The notes: generated from the sequence alone by a model not told the origin. A stretch of 64,000 bases of DNA from Bacteroides sp. (GCA_019414725.1 DXLM01000006.1:4851-68850), one strand, 5' to 3'. Counted from the first letter of the stretch, positions 31,877 through 43,341 are shown. Made by a program: numbers and translations.

Positions 31877-34800
31877 TTAAAAATTCAAATACAATCCCCA
31901 TACATAATTCGGTTTCACTTTACCGCCTAAATCGTAATTCGCTTTACTATCAAAAGCAAATGTTGCTACATTCTCTACATTGAACTGAAGACGAGCGCCG
32001 GAAAGAGAAATTTTCTTGCACCAATGGGCCGGAACTCTGTACGCCAATGAAATATTACTCAAACGAATATTTGATGCATCATACACAAACAAATCCGAAT
32101 AACGATATAATTCCGTACGGTGTGTATTAAAATTCTCCGTATCATTAGAGAAAAGCAGACGTGGTACGTCCGTTACATCCCCAGGCTGAGTCCAACGGTC
32201 CACTATACCCTTAGCAGTAGATGTAATACGTCCGTTCGACATATTAATGCTTGGAATATTGCTTGACCGCAACTTGTGACCTGCATCCAATATCAGCATT
32301 GCTGAAAATTCAAAACCTTTATAACGTAATACATTGGTTAACGAAGCATTATGTATAGGAACAGTCGTACCACAATAAACCAATGCATGATAATCACGTG
32401 CAGGACCTGAAGTGACATTATTTTCCGCATCATATACCTGTGGATCACCATTCTCATTCAATCCAGCCCACTTATACGCATAAATACCATATAATGGTTT
32501 TCCAACCATAGGATAACTGGTAGGCATACTTATACGGCTATCCCACAAACTTGGTTGCACACTGATGTGTTTTACTTTATTACGATTAAATGCATATAAC
32601 AATGAAGCGTTCCAACTAAAGTCCTTCTGACGGATAATCTCTCCGCTCAAAGTGATTTCCACTCCCCGGTTTACCATTTTTCCATTATTCGTCATCAACG
32701 TTGTATAGCCAAACCCTTGTGTAGGACTACCATTTATAGCAGCAAGTAGATCAACACTATATTTATTATAATACTCTATTGTTCCCGACAGACGATGACG
32801 GAACAAAGCAAAATCTACACCTACATTCACAGTCGTTGTCTTTTCCCAACGGATATCCTTATTGGGAGGAGTATTCACAGACCCTGCCATACCATCCACA
32901 AGGCTGGAATCATAATAGGAAGCTATCAGATAGGGAGCTGTATTACGCCCAATATTACCACCAATACCGTATGAAGCGCGTAATTTCAACATGTCTACAA
33001 AATCCGCTTGAAAGAATTTCTCTTTATAGATATTCCAACTTCCCCCGACTGACCATAAAGGTTTATTCTGGTATTTCGAATTAGTTCCCCACAAGTTCGA
33101 ACGATCCCAACGAATACTTCCAGAAAGTACATATTTATCATCATACGTATACGATGCATTCGAATAGAAGGAAACAAAACGATTAAGCAATTCACGAGAC
33201 GAAGCAATACTATTCTGATCTAACTGAGCAGATCCTAACAAGCCCGAAAAATAAGCCAAATCTTTCATATTATAATTTTGCCATGTTTTAAGCTCCGGAT
33301 CATATCCGTATACCGTATTTTCATCAAAATTAATCAATGAATGGCGCACTTCCTGTCCTAATATCCATACTAAATTATGCTTTTCATCAAATGTTTTATC
33401 AAGACTCAACTGTTGACGGAAGTTATAACTATGTTTGCTGTTCTTCAACGTATGAAACGAATCTCCATTCGGCAGATTATATACCAAAGAACTGCCATTC
33501 GGTGATTTGCTGGTAAAATCATTAATACGCTTACGCATAAAATTTGACTCTTTCTCACCCAATGATTCATAATCCGAATCACTTGTTTCATATTGGAACA
33601 TCACATTGTAATTCAACCAAGAAGTCAAATCAAACTTCAACTTAGCATAAGCGCGGGTTTCAAAAGTTTTGGTTGTATTAAGAGCATAATTCAACTCATC
33701 CATCGGCACGAGATCTTCTGAATACAGCCCATATTGATCTACTAAATCACGACGTGACTTGTCACTTTGTGAAGGTGCCACAAAATAACTTCCATCTGCA
33801 TTGACCAACGGATCATAAGGCATGACAGAAAAGCCCGGATCAAACAAATCATATGACTGGTTCTTCTCTTTGCCATATTTCAGATAAACGCCTGTATCAA
33901 AATGCAACCAATTGGTTAGCTGTAATGAATTAGTAATATTGATACCTAATTTCCAATCACTATGATTTATATCCTCATAATCATTATCCCAATAAGTAGT
34001 AGAGAAATTAAAAGAATTACGCTCTGTTGTTTTACCTACCCTCAAATTATACTGCTGGTAAAAAGGGTTACGCTTACCATATTTTTCTGCCTGATCATAA
34101 TATTGATAACCGTAGGAAGCCAACTGATTCAGAATTTTATCTCCCTCAGCCATACTGATTTTCCCAGTGTACATATCTAACAAAGTATTAACTCCCAAAC
34201 TAGGATATGGTCCGTTTTCACGCAAATCGGCAGCCTGCATCTCCGCAGCCTCAGGCGTACTCAATGCCATAGTCGCCCATTCACGTTCCATAGCAATAAC
34301 ATCAGCCGCATTAGTCCGATTTTTTTTATAATAAGAATAAGGGTGCACTGTAAAGGTAGAAGAAAAACTTACTTCCGCTTTACCTTCTTTAGCCTTTTTC
34401 GTAGTAATCACAATCACGCCATTAGCAGCTCGCGCACCGTAGATAGAAGCAGCAGCAGCATCTTTCAGCACTGTTACGCTTTCAATATCTTCCGGATTTA
34501 AATCAGGCATATTTTCAGTTGTCTGCCCTATTCTGTCTAATGTTGTATTTTCTACAGGAAATCCATCAATCACGACCATCGGATTCGCGACAGCATTCAT
34601 GGTTGTGACACCACGAATCTGTCCATTCACATATCCAGCCACTTGTCCCTCAAGCATAGAAGACAAGTTATCCATACGTTTCAACTCTAACTTTTCAGTA
34701 GAAACTTTAGAAAACGCACCCGTAGAACGTTCTTTCGACAAAGTCTGATATCCAGTAACCAACACTTCATCCAACATTTCAGTGTCCGCATCCAACCGAA

Positions 34801-35158
34801 TAAAAAGCTCTTTCTTTCCATCCACAACCGCCACTTCTTTTGATTTCATACCAATATATGAAACCACAAGTGTTTCCCCACTGTTTACCTTCAGATGGAA
34901 ACGTCCATCCACATCTGTTACGGTACCATTCTGAGTTCCTTTTACCAATACAGTCGCTCCAATCAACGGTTCATCATTAGTATCTGTAACCACTCCCGAA
35001 ATAGATTTTTTTTCATTCTGCCGTATTTCTGAAACGACAGTACTTTCCTCTGCCAACGCATAAGCTACCGGTCCACACAAACAAATACAAAAAAGAATTC
35101 TTGAAAAAAACAGATTTCCCCCTTTGCACCTTCTTGAGTTTACTGATTCTTCACTCAT
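31877..35158 (-). CDS. SusC/RagA family TonB-dependent transporter
   Basis: CarboxypepD_reg N-domain, LDEVLVTGY, IESVTVLKDAAAASIYGARAANGVIVITTK, terminal F; ATG 35158 preferred. Confidence 0.96.
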   Translation of the reverse strand: MSEESVNSRRCKGGNLFFSRILFCICLCGPVAYALAEESTVVSEIRQNEKKSISGVVTDTNDEPLIGATVLVKGTQNGTVTDVDGRFHLKVNSGETLVVSYIGMKSKEVAVVDGKKELFIRLDADTEMLDEVLVTGYQTLSKERSTGAFSKVSTEKLELKRMDNLSSMLEGQVAGYVNGQIRGVTTMNAVANPMVVIDGFPVENTTLDRIGQTTENMPDLNPEDIESVTVLKDAAAASIYGARAANGVIVITTKKAKEGKAEVSFSSTFTVHPYSYYKKNRTNAADVIAMEREWATMALSTPEAAEMQAADLRENGPYPSLGVNTLLDMYTGKISMAEGDKILNQLASYGYQYYDQAEKYGKRNPFYQQYNLRVGKTTERNSFNFSTTYWDNDYEDINHSDWKLGINITNSLQLTNWLHFDTGVYLKYGKEKNQSYDLFDPGFSVMPYDPLVNADGSYFVAPSQSDKSRRDLVDQYGLYSEDLVPMDELNYALNTTKTFETRAYAKLKFDLTSWLNYNVMFQYETSDSDYESLGEKESNFMRKRINDFTSKSPNGSSLVYNLPNGDSFHTLKNSKHSYNFRQQLSLDKTFDEKHNLVWILGQEVRHSLINFDENTVYGYDPELKTWQNYNMKDLAYFSGLLGSAQLDQNSIASSRELLNRFVSFYSNASYTYDDKYVLSGSIRWDRSNLWGTNSKYQNKPLWSVGGSWNIYKEKFFQADFVDMLKLRASYGIGGNIGRNTAPYLIASYYDSSLVDGMAGSVNTPPNKDIRWEKTTTVNVGVDFALFRHRLSGTIEYYNKYSVDLLAAINGSPTQGFGYTTLMTNNGKMVNRGVEITLSGEIIRQKDFSWNASLLYAFNRNKVKHISVQPSLWDSRISMPTSYPMVGKPLYGIYAYKWAGLNENGDPQVYDAENNVTSGPARDYHALVYCGTTVPIHNASLTNVLRYKGFEFSAMLILDAGHKLRSSNIPSINMSNGRITSTAKGIVDRWTQPGDVTDVPRLLFSNDTENFNTHRTELYRYSDLFVYDASNIRLSNISLAYRVPAHWCKKISLSGARLQFNVENVATFAFDSKANYDLGGKVKPNYVWGLYLNF

Positions 35159-35187
35159 AAAATTAAAAAAATTTATCAATATAAAAG

Positions 35188-36528
35188 TCAGTTAAGTAAT
35201 TCATCTAATTTAGCTATTGTTTTGGGATCAGAAGGACGACTCATATCCACCGATATAATTTTTCCTTCCTTATCTAAAAGAATAAAACGGGGAATCCCCT
35301 TTATCATGTAGTCATTCATAAATGTATCTCCATTTACAAAATGCAACTGAATACCCTTTAAACCAGCCCTCACTCTATTTTCCCATGCTTTTTTGTTATT
35401 ATCACATGAGATACTAACAAAATAAATATCTTTTCCATGGTATTTTTCTTCTAACTTTTGCAAATGTGGAATTTCACGTTGGCAAGGACCACACCAAGTA
35501 GCCCAAATATCTATATATACATACTTTCCCTTAAAATCAGAAAGAGAAACTTTTTTACCAGACAAATCCGTACAGTTAAAATTTGGAGAAAGAGCTCCTA
35601 CCGACAATTTGCGCCAACGATTGCACAATGTCTCAAAATTCTTCACCAATAGCGGTGATTTTACATACCGATCGAACACAGCACAATAAGCATCAGCAGA
35701 ATCAAGTCCATATCTCTCTACATAAGCATATACATTCTTATTTATTAAGAACTCTGCAATACCAGGCTCCTTCACTTCCGATTCCACATATCGGACTACC
35801 GCATCCAAAGACTTTGATTCCGGGTATTGTTTTCTTGCCACTCTGCTTACCGCCTCAACCAAAAATGAACGGAATTCGTCATATCGCAACAAAGAAGCAT
35901 CCATAACCATCAACTCCTGTAACTTACTCCAATATTCTAAAGAAGCTTCATAAGTAGAATCCTTAGCTATACGCATATGGAAATAAGGATAAGAAGGCAA
36001 TGTAGCACAAGTAAAATATTTCAAACGTATTTTCTCCATTTCATTAATTTCCTCTGATAATCCGGCATGATCCAACTCTTGCAGATTTACATTCAAAATA
36101 CTATCCATTTTCAAAAAGAACGCTTTTTCTCCTAATGCCATATCATCAATTTCTGCTGCTTTCAAACGTCCGTTATTCAAATAGATATTTACTTGTGAAC
36201 CTGTGCCTGTAATGGCTACACGTTCTCCAAATTTTTTATTTTCAAAAGAAATTTGTATATCTGTATCAGGTGTAAGCAACAAAGTACGACTTATATAATG
36301 ATAACCTAATGCCACATAAACAGGCTCCGTAACATCGACTACCAATTCTCCCTTTCCTGAAGCATCTATTGAAATAGGAAGTTCTCTCCCGTCAGGAAAA
36401 TAAAGCATTGCTGAATGATCTTCTATTTTACCACTTATAGACAAAGAAATCTTTGCCGCATAACTATAAAAAGGGAATAACAAACAGACAAAAAGAAAGA
36501 CTCTCATTTTTTTCTTAAACCACTCCAT
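35188..36528 (-). CDS. TlpA-like thioredoxin/disulfide reductase
   Basis: Signal peptide; YIDIWATWCGPC and IPRFILLD. Confidence 0.9.
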   Translation of the reverse strand: MEWFKKKMRVFLFVCLLFPFYSYAAKISLSISGKIEDHSAMLYFPDGRELPISIDASGKGELVVDVTEPVYVALGYHYISRTLLLTPDTDIQISFENKKFGERVAITGTGSQVNIYLNNGRLKAAEIDDMALGEKAFFLKMDSILNVNLQELDHAGLSEEINEMEKIRLKYFTCATLPSYPYFHMRIAKDSTYEASLEYWSKLQELMVMDASLLRYDEFRSFLVEAVSRVARKQYPESKSLDAVVRYVESEVKEPGIAEFLINKNVYAYVERYGLDSADAYCAVFDRYVKSPLLVKNFETLCNRWRKLSVGALSPNFNCTDLSGKKVSLSDFKGKYVYIDIWATWCGPCQREIPHLQKLEEKYHGKDIYFVSISCDNNKKAWENRVRAGLKGIQLHFVNGDTFMNDYMIKGIPRFILLDKEGKIISVDMSRPSDPKTIAKLDELLN

Positions 36529-36834
36529 AAATATTTTTTTATATTAAACATTAAAAATTAAGTGCGAAATTAACAAATAATTTGCAAACCGCCTTAATTT
36601 ATATTACATAAACTAATGTTTAAGTAGCATTTTAACATAAAAAAAGCGATGGAATTCATACAGAGTTCATCCACGTTCCAATACCCCATATATTCTCCAC
36701 AAAGAAGTTAAAAGAATTATAGTCACCACCAATACACACCTGCTTAAAGCAAGCGGGCTTATATTGTAATTAGAAAAAAGGAACAGTATAATCCAACAAA
36801 GAAGTTAAAAATTAACGGAGAAAATGCCAAACCG

Positions 36835-36866
36835 TTTGCCCATTCCAAAGACTATCTGTATTTTTG
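36835..36866 (+). promoter_or_regulatory. Housekeeping promoter of the radical SAM operon
   Basis: TTTG-N20-TATTTTTG. Confidence 0.6.
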
Positions 36867-36885
36867 GCAGAAATATTCTGATTAA

Positions 36886-38154
36886 ATGAATGAGAATGTC
36901 CTTGCCAAATTGAAAGTACTAGCAGAATCTGCCAAATATGATGTTTCCTGCTCCAGTAGTGGGACTGTGCGCCGTAACCAATCAGGCACATTGGGAAACA
37001 CCGTAGGCGGCTGGGGAATATGCCACAGCTTCGCTGAGGACGGTCGTTGCATATCCTTGCTGAAAATTATGCTGACCAATTATTGCATATATGACTGTGC
37101 CTATTGTATCAATAGAAGAAGCAATGACATTCCCCGTGCCACACTTTCGGTAAGCGAACTGGTAGACCTCACCATCGAATTCTACCGGCGCAACTATATA
37201 GAAGGGCTTTTCCTCAGCTCCGGCGTTGTACGCAATCCGGATTACACCATGGAAAGGTTGGTACGTGTTGCCAAAGACCTGCGGTTAGTACACAAATTCA
37301 ACGGATATATTCACCTGAAAAGCATCCCCGGAGCCAGTCGCGAACTAGTTAATGAAGCCGGACTCTACGCTGACCGCCTCAGTGTAAACATAGAAATTCC
37401 CAAAGAAGAGAATCTGAAATTACTGGCTCCCGAAAAAGATCACAAAAGTGTGTACCAGCCCATGCGCTATATCCAGCAGGGAGTACTTACCAATAAGGAA
37501 GACCGGAAAAAATTCCGCCATGTTCCACGCTTCGTTCCTGCCGGACAAAGCACGCAGATGATTGTCGGTGCCACAACCGAATCAGACAAAGACATCCTTT
37601 ATCTTTCTTCTTCACTCTACCAACACCCCACCATGAGGCGCGTTTACTACTCAGGATATATATCCGTAAATACATACGACAAACGGCTTCCGGCACTGAA
37701 ACAGCCGCCATTGGTACGGGAGAACCGTTTGTATCAGGCCGACTGGCTGTTACGTTTCTATCAATTTAAAGTAGAAGAAATAGTAGATGACTCCTATCCC
37801 GACCTGGATTTGGAAATCGATCCCAAACTAGGTTGGGCATTACGGCATCCCGAACTATTTCCGATAGATATAAATCAGGCAGATTACGAAATGATTCTCA
37901 GAGTACCGGGCATCGGAATCAAATCGGCAAGACAAATCATCGCATCACGCCGCTTCTCCAAACTGGGATTCTATGAACTGAAAAAAATAGGTGTAGTGAT
38001 GAAAAAAGCGCAATACTTCATAACCTGCAACGAACTCCCCACCCGAACTGTTAATGAACTGACCCCGACAGGAGTACGCAGACTGTTAGTACCCAAACCC
38101 AAAAAGAAAGTGGACGAACGCCAATTAATACTAAACTTCACTGATAACGAATGA
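36886..38154 (+). CDS. Putative DNA modification/repair radical SAM protein (TIGR03916-like)
   Basis: AKYDVSC, GICHS, CIYDCAYC; C-terminal HhH (LRVPGIGIKSA). Confidence 0.92.
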   Translation: MNENVLAKLKVLAESAKYDVSCSSSGTVRRNQSGTLGNTVGGWGICHSFAEDGRCISLLKIMLTNYCIYDCAYCINRRSNDIPRATLSVSELVDLTIEFYRRNYIEGLFLSSGVVRNPDYTMERLVRVAKDLRLVHKFNGYIHLKSIPGASRELVNEAGLYADRLSVNIEIPKEENLKLLAPEKDHKSVYQPMRYIQQGVLTNKEDRKKFRHVPRFVPAGQSTQMIVGATTESDKDILYLSSSLYQHPTMRRVYYSGYISVNTYDKRLPALKQPPLVRENRLYQADWLLRFYQFKVEEIVDDSYPDLDLEIDPKLGWALRHPELFPIDINQADYEMILRVPGIGIKSARQIIASRRFSKLGFYELKKIGVVMKKAQYFITCNELPTRTVNELTPTGVRRLLVPKPKKKVDERQLILNFTDNE

Positions 38155-38918
38155 TTCTGTTTATCTATGACCATACGTTTGAAGGCTTGCTGACTTGCAT
38201 TTTCGATGCCTACTTCCGCAAAACCTTTCCAGACTCGCTCTTGATGGAAGGCGAGCCGCTACCCTTATTTTATGATGGAGCCATACACATAGCCACTGAT
38301 GAAGAGAAAGCCGGACGAGTGTGGCGCGGATTACAGAAAAAAATCTCCAAGCATGCCCTGTTATGCCTGACCTGCTGCTGGTTATCAGAATTACCAAAGG
38401 TGGACGAAATGCTTTTCCGCTATATCCGGAAGGCCATAAACTCTCCTCATTCCATCGAAACCAACTTTGCCGATCCTGATGTGCTGGAGCTTGCGAAAAT
38501 CTATAAAAGAGTAGATGGAGAACGAGTACACCTCATGCAGTTCGTCCGTTTCCAAAAAGCTGCGGACGGAACTTTCTTTGCAGCCGTAGAGCCTCAATTC
38601 AACGCACTGCCACTGGCTGTGGATCATTTCAAAGACCGGTTTGCCGACCAGCGTTGGCTCATTTATGATGTGAAGCGACAATATGGATATTACTATAATC
38701 TGACGGAGATGGAAGAAGTAACATTTGAAGACCCCCGCCAAGCACATCTGGTCACAGGAATGCTAAATGAAACATTGATGGACAATGATGAGAAATTGTT
38801 TCAGAAACTTTGGAAAACATATTTCAAGTCCATTTGCATCAAAGAACGTTGGAATCTCAGAAAACACCGGCAAGATATGCCTGTCAGATATTGGAAATAT
38901 CTGACGGAGAAACAATAA
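38151..38918 (+). CDS. Putative DNA metabolism protein (TIGR03915/DUF4130-like)
   Basis: [38 protein letters not shown] coupling to the radical SAM gene. Confidence 0.88.
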   Translation: MILFIYDHTFEGLLTCIFDAYFRKTFPDSLLMEGEPLPLFYDGAIHIATDEEKAGRVWRGLQKKISKHALLCLTCCWLSELPKVDEMLFRYIRKAINSPHSIETNFADPDVLELAKIYKRVDGERVHLMQFVRFQKAADGTFFAAVEPQFNALPLAVDHFKDRFADQRWLIYDVKRQYGYYYNLTEMEEVTFEDPRQAHLVTGMLNETLMDNDEKLFQKLWKTYFKSICIKERWNLRKHRQDMPVRYWKYLTEKQ

Positions 38919-39657
38919 ACAGTTCTTCCGGATATCCCACATCTACCAAAAACAAGGCATGTCCCGGAACAGAACTCCCGGCACTACAACGATCTTTATC
39001 CTCTATCACTTTCCTGAACTCATCCACAGTCATTTTACCACGTCCCACTTCTACCAACGTACCTACCACAGCCCTTACCATATTCCGTAAAAAACGGTCA
39101 GCTTTAATAGTAAATACCCATTCTGTCCCGCTCACCTGCGTCCATTCAGCATGCATAATCCGGCAATTATTCGTCTTCACATCAGTATGCAATTTACTGA
39201 AACTGGTAAAATCAGTATAATCAAACAATACACGGGCAGCCTCATTCATTTTCTCAAAATCCAATGAATTAAAAAGCCTCCAGGCATAGTGACGGTTAAA
39301 CGGATCTTTCCGGGTAGTCACATAATACTTATAAGTACGATAAGTCGCGTCAAAACGGGCATGCGCATCATCCTTCACCCGCTTTACAGCGTAAACCGCT
39401 ATATCGGGAGGAAGCAAGCGATTCAATTTCTCCGTTATCTGAACACAATCCAACTCCCGGTCATAATCAAAATGCGCGATCATGAGACGCGCATGCACAC
39501 CGGCATCAGTACGTCCCGCTCCCACTACCTCTATTTCTTGACGGAGAAAAGTAGAAAGAGCACGCATTAATGTTTCCTGTACACTGTCACCATTGGGCTG
39601 AATCTGCCAACCGTGATAATTCGTTCCATCATAAGCCAAATATATGAAATACCGCAT
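38884..39657 (-). CDS. truA: tRNA pseudouridine(38-40) synthase
   Basis: [30 protein letters not shown] at 39657. Confidence 0.96.
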   Translation of the reverse strand: MRYFIYLAYDGTNYHGWQIQPNGDSVQETLMRALSTFLRQEIEVVGAGRTDAGVHARLMIAHFDYDRELDCVQITEKLNRLLPPDIAVYAVKRVKDDAHARFDATYRTYKYYVTTRKDPFNRHYAWRLFNSLDFEKMNEAARVLFDYTDFTSFSKLHTDVKTNNCRIMHAEWTQVSGTEWVFTIKADRFLRNMVRAVVGTLVEVGRGKMTVDEFRKVIEDKDRCSAGSSVPGHALFLVDVGYPEELFIVSPSDISNI

Positions 39658-39691
39658 CGTAAAGCCTCCGACCAAGTGAAAATTCAATAAA

Positions 39692-40366
39692 TCAGCGGGC
39701 TGTTATATGAAAACATCCCTGTTTCAACTCATATTTAATATAGCATTTGTCCGATTTCCGAAGATCACGGAGTACCTCGGCCAATACCAACTTCAGCGTA
39801 TCCGGACTAACATCCTGCATAGGACGTCCATCCGGGTCTTCCACTTTACAAAACCGACGGTAACTGACATCAAAAGTTGTCCCAAAAGCATGAGCTGAAT
39901 TGGCAGAAGCATTTCCATTGCGACGACGAAGACGTTTCACATCATCTGCCGTACGAAGTACAGAAGTAACAATGATTTGATTAGGATTCAATCCTTTGCA
40001 ACTCAATGAATCCAAAAAATTGGCTCCTATTGTATCCAATAACGCACTAGCCTGCGGAATCAGAAAAGGAATGGAGTGAGTCAGCGAATCCATGGCATAA
40101 CGCTCACAGGGTTTTATCTGAACCAATTTGCCACCCAGCCCCTCTGCTTCCGAACGAGAAACCAACGGACGAATTCCTATTTTCTTCGCCACACTGAGAT
40201 GAGTATCATTCAAATCACCGAAACTACGTTTATAGCTAATTACACCTTTTATATTATGAGGCTCGTTCATCTTCATGGACATATCTTTTTCCTTGCAACC
40301 GGAAGAAACTGTCAAGGAAAACAACAGTGACAATAGCGTGCAACATGCACCTTTCATACAATTCAT
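39692..40366 (-). CDS. DUF5715-like lipoprotein, possible LAS/M15-type metallopeptidase
   Basis: SSG-C lipobox; [18 protein letters not shown]. Confidence 0.7.
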   Translation of the reverse strand: MNCMKGACCTLLSLLFSLTVSSGCKEKDMSMKMNEPHNIKGVISYKRSFGDLNDTHLSVAKKIGIRPLVSRSEAEGLGGKLVQIKPCERYAMDSLTHSIPFLIPQASALLDTIGANFLDSLSCKGLNPNQIIVTSVLRTADDVKRLRRRNGNASANSAHAFGTTFDVSYRRFCKVEDPDGRPMQDVSPDTLKLVLAEVLRDLRKSDKCYIKYELKQGCFHITAR

Positions 40367-40523
40367 AATCTAACTATCTTTTCAAATTCCTCGCAAAGAT
40401 AGATTAAAATCCTTTTTCTGAAAAAGCTTATGCAAATAAATTGCCCGGAAAATAAGAACAATGAAAACCTTTCATTAAATTTGCACCCTATAAACAAGTA
40501 CATAAAGTACCTAAACTAGTTAA

Positions 40524-41528
40524 ATGATAGAAAAACATATAGTTTTAGAGGATATTGATCCTGTGATATTTTATGGCGTAAACAACGTCAATATGAAAAT
40601 GATACAAGCTTTGTATCCCAAATTAAAAATTGTGGCACGTGGAAATGTCATCAAAGTATTGGGAGACGAAGAGGAAATGTGTGCTTTTGAAGAGAATATA
40701 TTGGCATTGGAAAAGCATTGCGCCCAGTATAACTCACTGAAAGAAGAAGTGATTTTAGACATAGTGAAAGGTCGTTCACCCCAAATAGAGAATACAGGGG
40801 ATACTATTGTATTCAGTGTAACAGGAAAACCGATCGTTCCCCGTAGTGAGAACCAGTTGAAGCTGGTACAAGAATATGAAAAGAACGATATGCTGTTCGC
40901 TATCGGTCCCGCAGGTTCAGGAAAGACATACACTGCTATCGCCCTTGCTGTCCGTTCCCTGAAAAACAAAGAAATCAAAAAAATTATTTTGAGCCGTCCG
41001 GCTGTGGAGGCAGGAGAAAAACTCGGATTTTTACCCGGTGATATGAAAGATAAGATTGACCCTTATCTACAACCACTGTATGACGCATTACAAGATATGA
41101 TTCCCGCCGCCAAGCTAAAAGAATATATGGAATTGAATGTGATTCAAATAGCCCCATTGGCATTTATGCGCGGACGCACCTTGAATGATGCTGTAGTGAT
41201 ATTGGACGAGGCTCAAAATACCACCACCCAGCAAATTAAGATGTTCCTCACCCGTATGGGGATGAACACCAAAATGATTGTAACAGGTGACATGACACAG
41301 ATAGACTTACCATCTTCACAAACTTCGGGGTTGATACAGGCACTAAAAATTCTGAAAGGCGTGAAAGGAATCAGTTTCATCGAACTCAACAAGAAGGACA
41401 TTGTACGGCACAAACTGGTTACCCGCATTGTGGAAGCATACGAGAAGTTTGAAGAAAAACAGAAAACCTTTCATTCATGTCATTCTGAACGAAGTGAAAA
41501 ATCTGAAAACATAAAACGAATTTATTGA
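40524..41528 (+). CDS. phoH: PhoH family ATPase
   Basis: [35 protein letters not shown]. Confidence 0.95.
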   Translation: MIEKHIVLEDIDPVIFYGVNNVNMKMIQALYPKLKIVARGNVIKVLGDEEEMCAFEENILALEKHCAQYNSLKEEVILDIVKGRSPQIENTGDTIVFSVTGKPIVPRSENQLKLVQEYEKNDMLFAIGPAGSGKTYTAIALAVRSLKNKEIKKIILSRPAVEAGEKLGFLPGDMKDKIDPYLQPLYDALQDMIPAAKLKEYMELNVIQIAPLAFMRGRTLNDAVVILDEAQNTTTQQIKMFLTRMGMNTKMIVTGDMTQIDLPSSQTSGLIQALKILKGVKGISFIELNKKDIVRHKLVTRIVEAYEKFEEKQKTFHSCHSERSEKSENIKRIY

Positions 41529-41548
41529 TTTTAATTATAAATAAAGAC

Positions 41549-42493
41549 ATGAGTAAAGCATTAACAAGAACAGACTTTAACTTTCCGGGACAGAAAAGTG
41601 TGTACCACGGCAAAGTGCGTGATGTATACAACATCAATGACGAAAAGTTAGTAATGGTAGCTACCGACCGTATCTCCGCATTCGACGTAGTTCTGCCTGA
41701 AGGTATTCCCTACAAAGGACAAATGCTGAACCAGATTGCAGCCAAATTTCTAGATGCAACTACCGACATCTGCCCCAACTGGAAAATGGCGACTCCAGAT
41801 CCTATGGTTACCGTAGGAGTTATGTGTCAAGGTTTTCCTGTGGAAATGATTGTCCGTGGTTACCTGTGCGGTAGCGCATGGCGTGCTTACAAAAACGGCG
41901 TTCGTGAAATCTGTGGTGTAAAACTTCCCGAAGGAATGAAAGAAAACCAGAAATTTCCCGAACCAATCATTACTCCAACCACTAAAGCCGAAATGGGCCT
42001 GCATGACGAAGACATCTCTAAGGAAGAAATTCTGAAACAAGGTCTGGCCACTCCCGAAGAATACGAAATATTGGAAAAGTATACATTGGCTCTGTTCAAA
42101 CGCGGTACTGAAATCGCTGCAGAACGCGGACTGATCCTGGTAGATACCAAATACGAATTCGGTAAACACAACGGCACTATTTATCTGATGGATGAGATCC
42201 ACACTCCGGATTCAAGCCGTTATTTCTACTTGGAAGGTTATGAAGAACTCTTTGCAAAAGGCGAACCTCAAAAACAACTTTCTAAAGAATTCGTACGCGA
42301 ATGGTTGATGGAAAATGGTTTCCAAGGCAAAGAAGGACAACAAGTTCCCGAAATGACCCCGGAAATCGTTAATTCTATCAGCGAACGCTACATGGAACTG
42401 TTCGAACACATCACCGGCGAAAAATTTGTGAAAGCAGACACTGAAAATATCGCCGCACGTATAGAAAAGAACGTAACCGAATACTTGAAATAA
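41549..42493 (+). CDS. purC: SAICAR synthase
   Basis: [35 protein letters not shown] at 41549. Confidence 0.96.
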   Translation: MSKALTRTDFNFPGQKSVYHGKVRDVYNINDEKLVMVATDRISAFDVVLPEGIPYKGQMLNQIAAKFLDATTDICPNWKMATPDPMVTVGVMCQGFPVEMIVRGYLCGSAWRAYKNGVREICGVKLPEGMKENQKFPEPIITPTTKAEMGLHDEDISKEEILKQGLATPEEYEILEKYTLALFKRGTEIAAERGLILVDTKYEFGKHNGTIYLMDEIHTPDSSRYFYLEGYEELFAKGEPQKQLSKEFVREWLMENGFQGKEGQQVPEMTPEIVNSISERYMELFEHITGEKFVKADTENIAARIEKNVTEYLK

Positions 42494-42585
42494 ATAAAAA
42501 TGAAAAATTAAAGATTAAAAGACAGGTACAGGAATCTATCCTCCATCCTCTCCTTTTAATCTTTAATTTTCAATTTTAATCAAAC

Positions 42586-43323
42586 ATGAACTACCCACAA
42601 GAAAAAATCAAGCCCTACAACGCTGACGAAAAGAAAAGCGTCCAAGTAGAGAAAATGTTCGACAACATTGCCCCTGCTTACGACCAGTTGAATCATGCCC
42701 TTTCATGGAACATTGACAAAAGCTGGCGCCGCAAAGCCATTAACTGGCTGGAACCTTTTCACCCGCAACATATAATGGATGTAGCCACCGGAACGGGCGA
42801 TTTTGCCATTCAAGCCTGTCAGACACTTCACCCCCAAGAGCTGATAGGTACCGATATATCCGAAGGCATGATGAATGTGGGACGTGAAAAAGTAAAAGCC
42901 GCCGGACTGGACAGCCGCATCTCTTTCGCTAAGGAAGACTGTACAGCACTCACCTTTCCCGACAAACGCTTTGACGCTATTACCGTAGCATTCGGTGTAC
43001 GCAATTTCGAAGACCTTGACAAAGGACTCCGCGAAATGCACCGCGTACTGAAAGACAACGGAAAACTAGTCATTTTGGAACTCTCCGAACCCGACTGGTT
43101 CCCCATGAAACAGCTATATGCTGTCTATTCTAAAATAGTCATCCCCACTTTGGGCAAGCTACTCTCTAAAGACCGTAGTGCCTACACTTACCTGCCGCAG
43201 TCCATCAAAGCCTTTCCACAAGGCGAAATAATGACAGACATTATCCGTAAAGCCGGATTCAACCAGGTGAGTTTCAAGCGGTTGACACTAGGTATCTGTA
43301 CGCTTTATTTAGCAACGAAATAA
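42586..43323 (+). CDS. ubiE: Demethylmenaquinone methyltransferase UbiE/MenG
   Basis: [24 protein letters not shown]. Confidence 0.93.
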
Positions 43324-43341
43324 TTTAAAGTATAGAGTTTT

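Noticed and set aside
36815..36830. Bacteroidetes LexA-type GGA-N5-TCC box before the radical SAM gene
   Set aside because: The best match, GGAGAAAATGC, is mismatched and too short to be significant.
38884..38918. 35-bp convergent overlap of truA and the DUF4130 gene as an antisense control mechanism
   Set aside because: Short tail-to-tail overlaps are common, and there is no further evidence.
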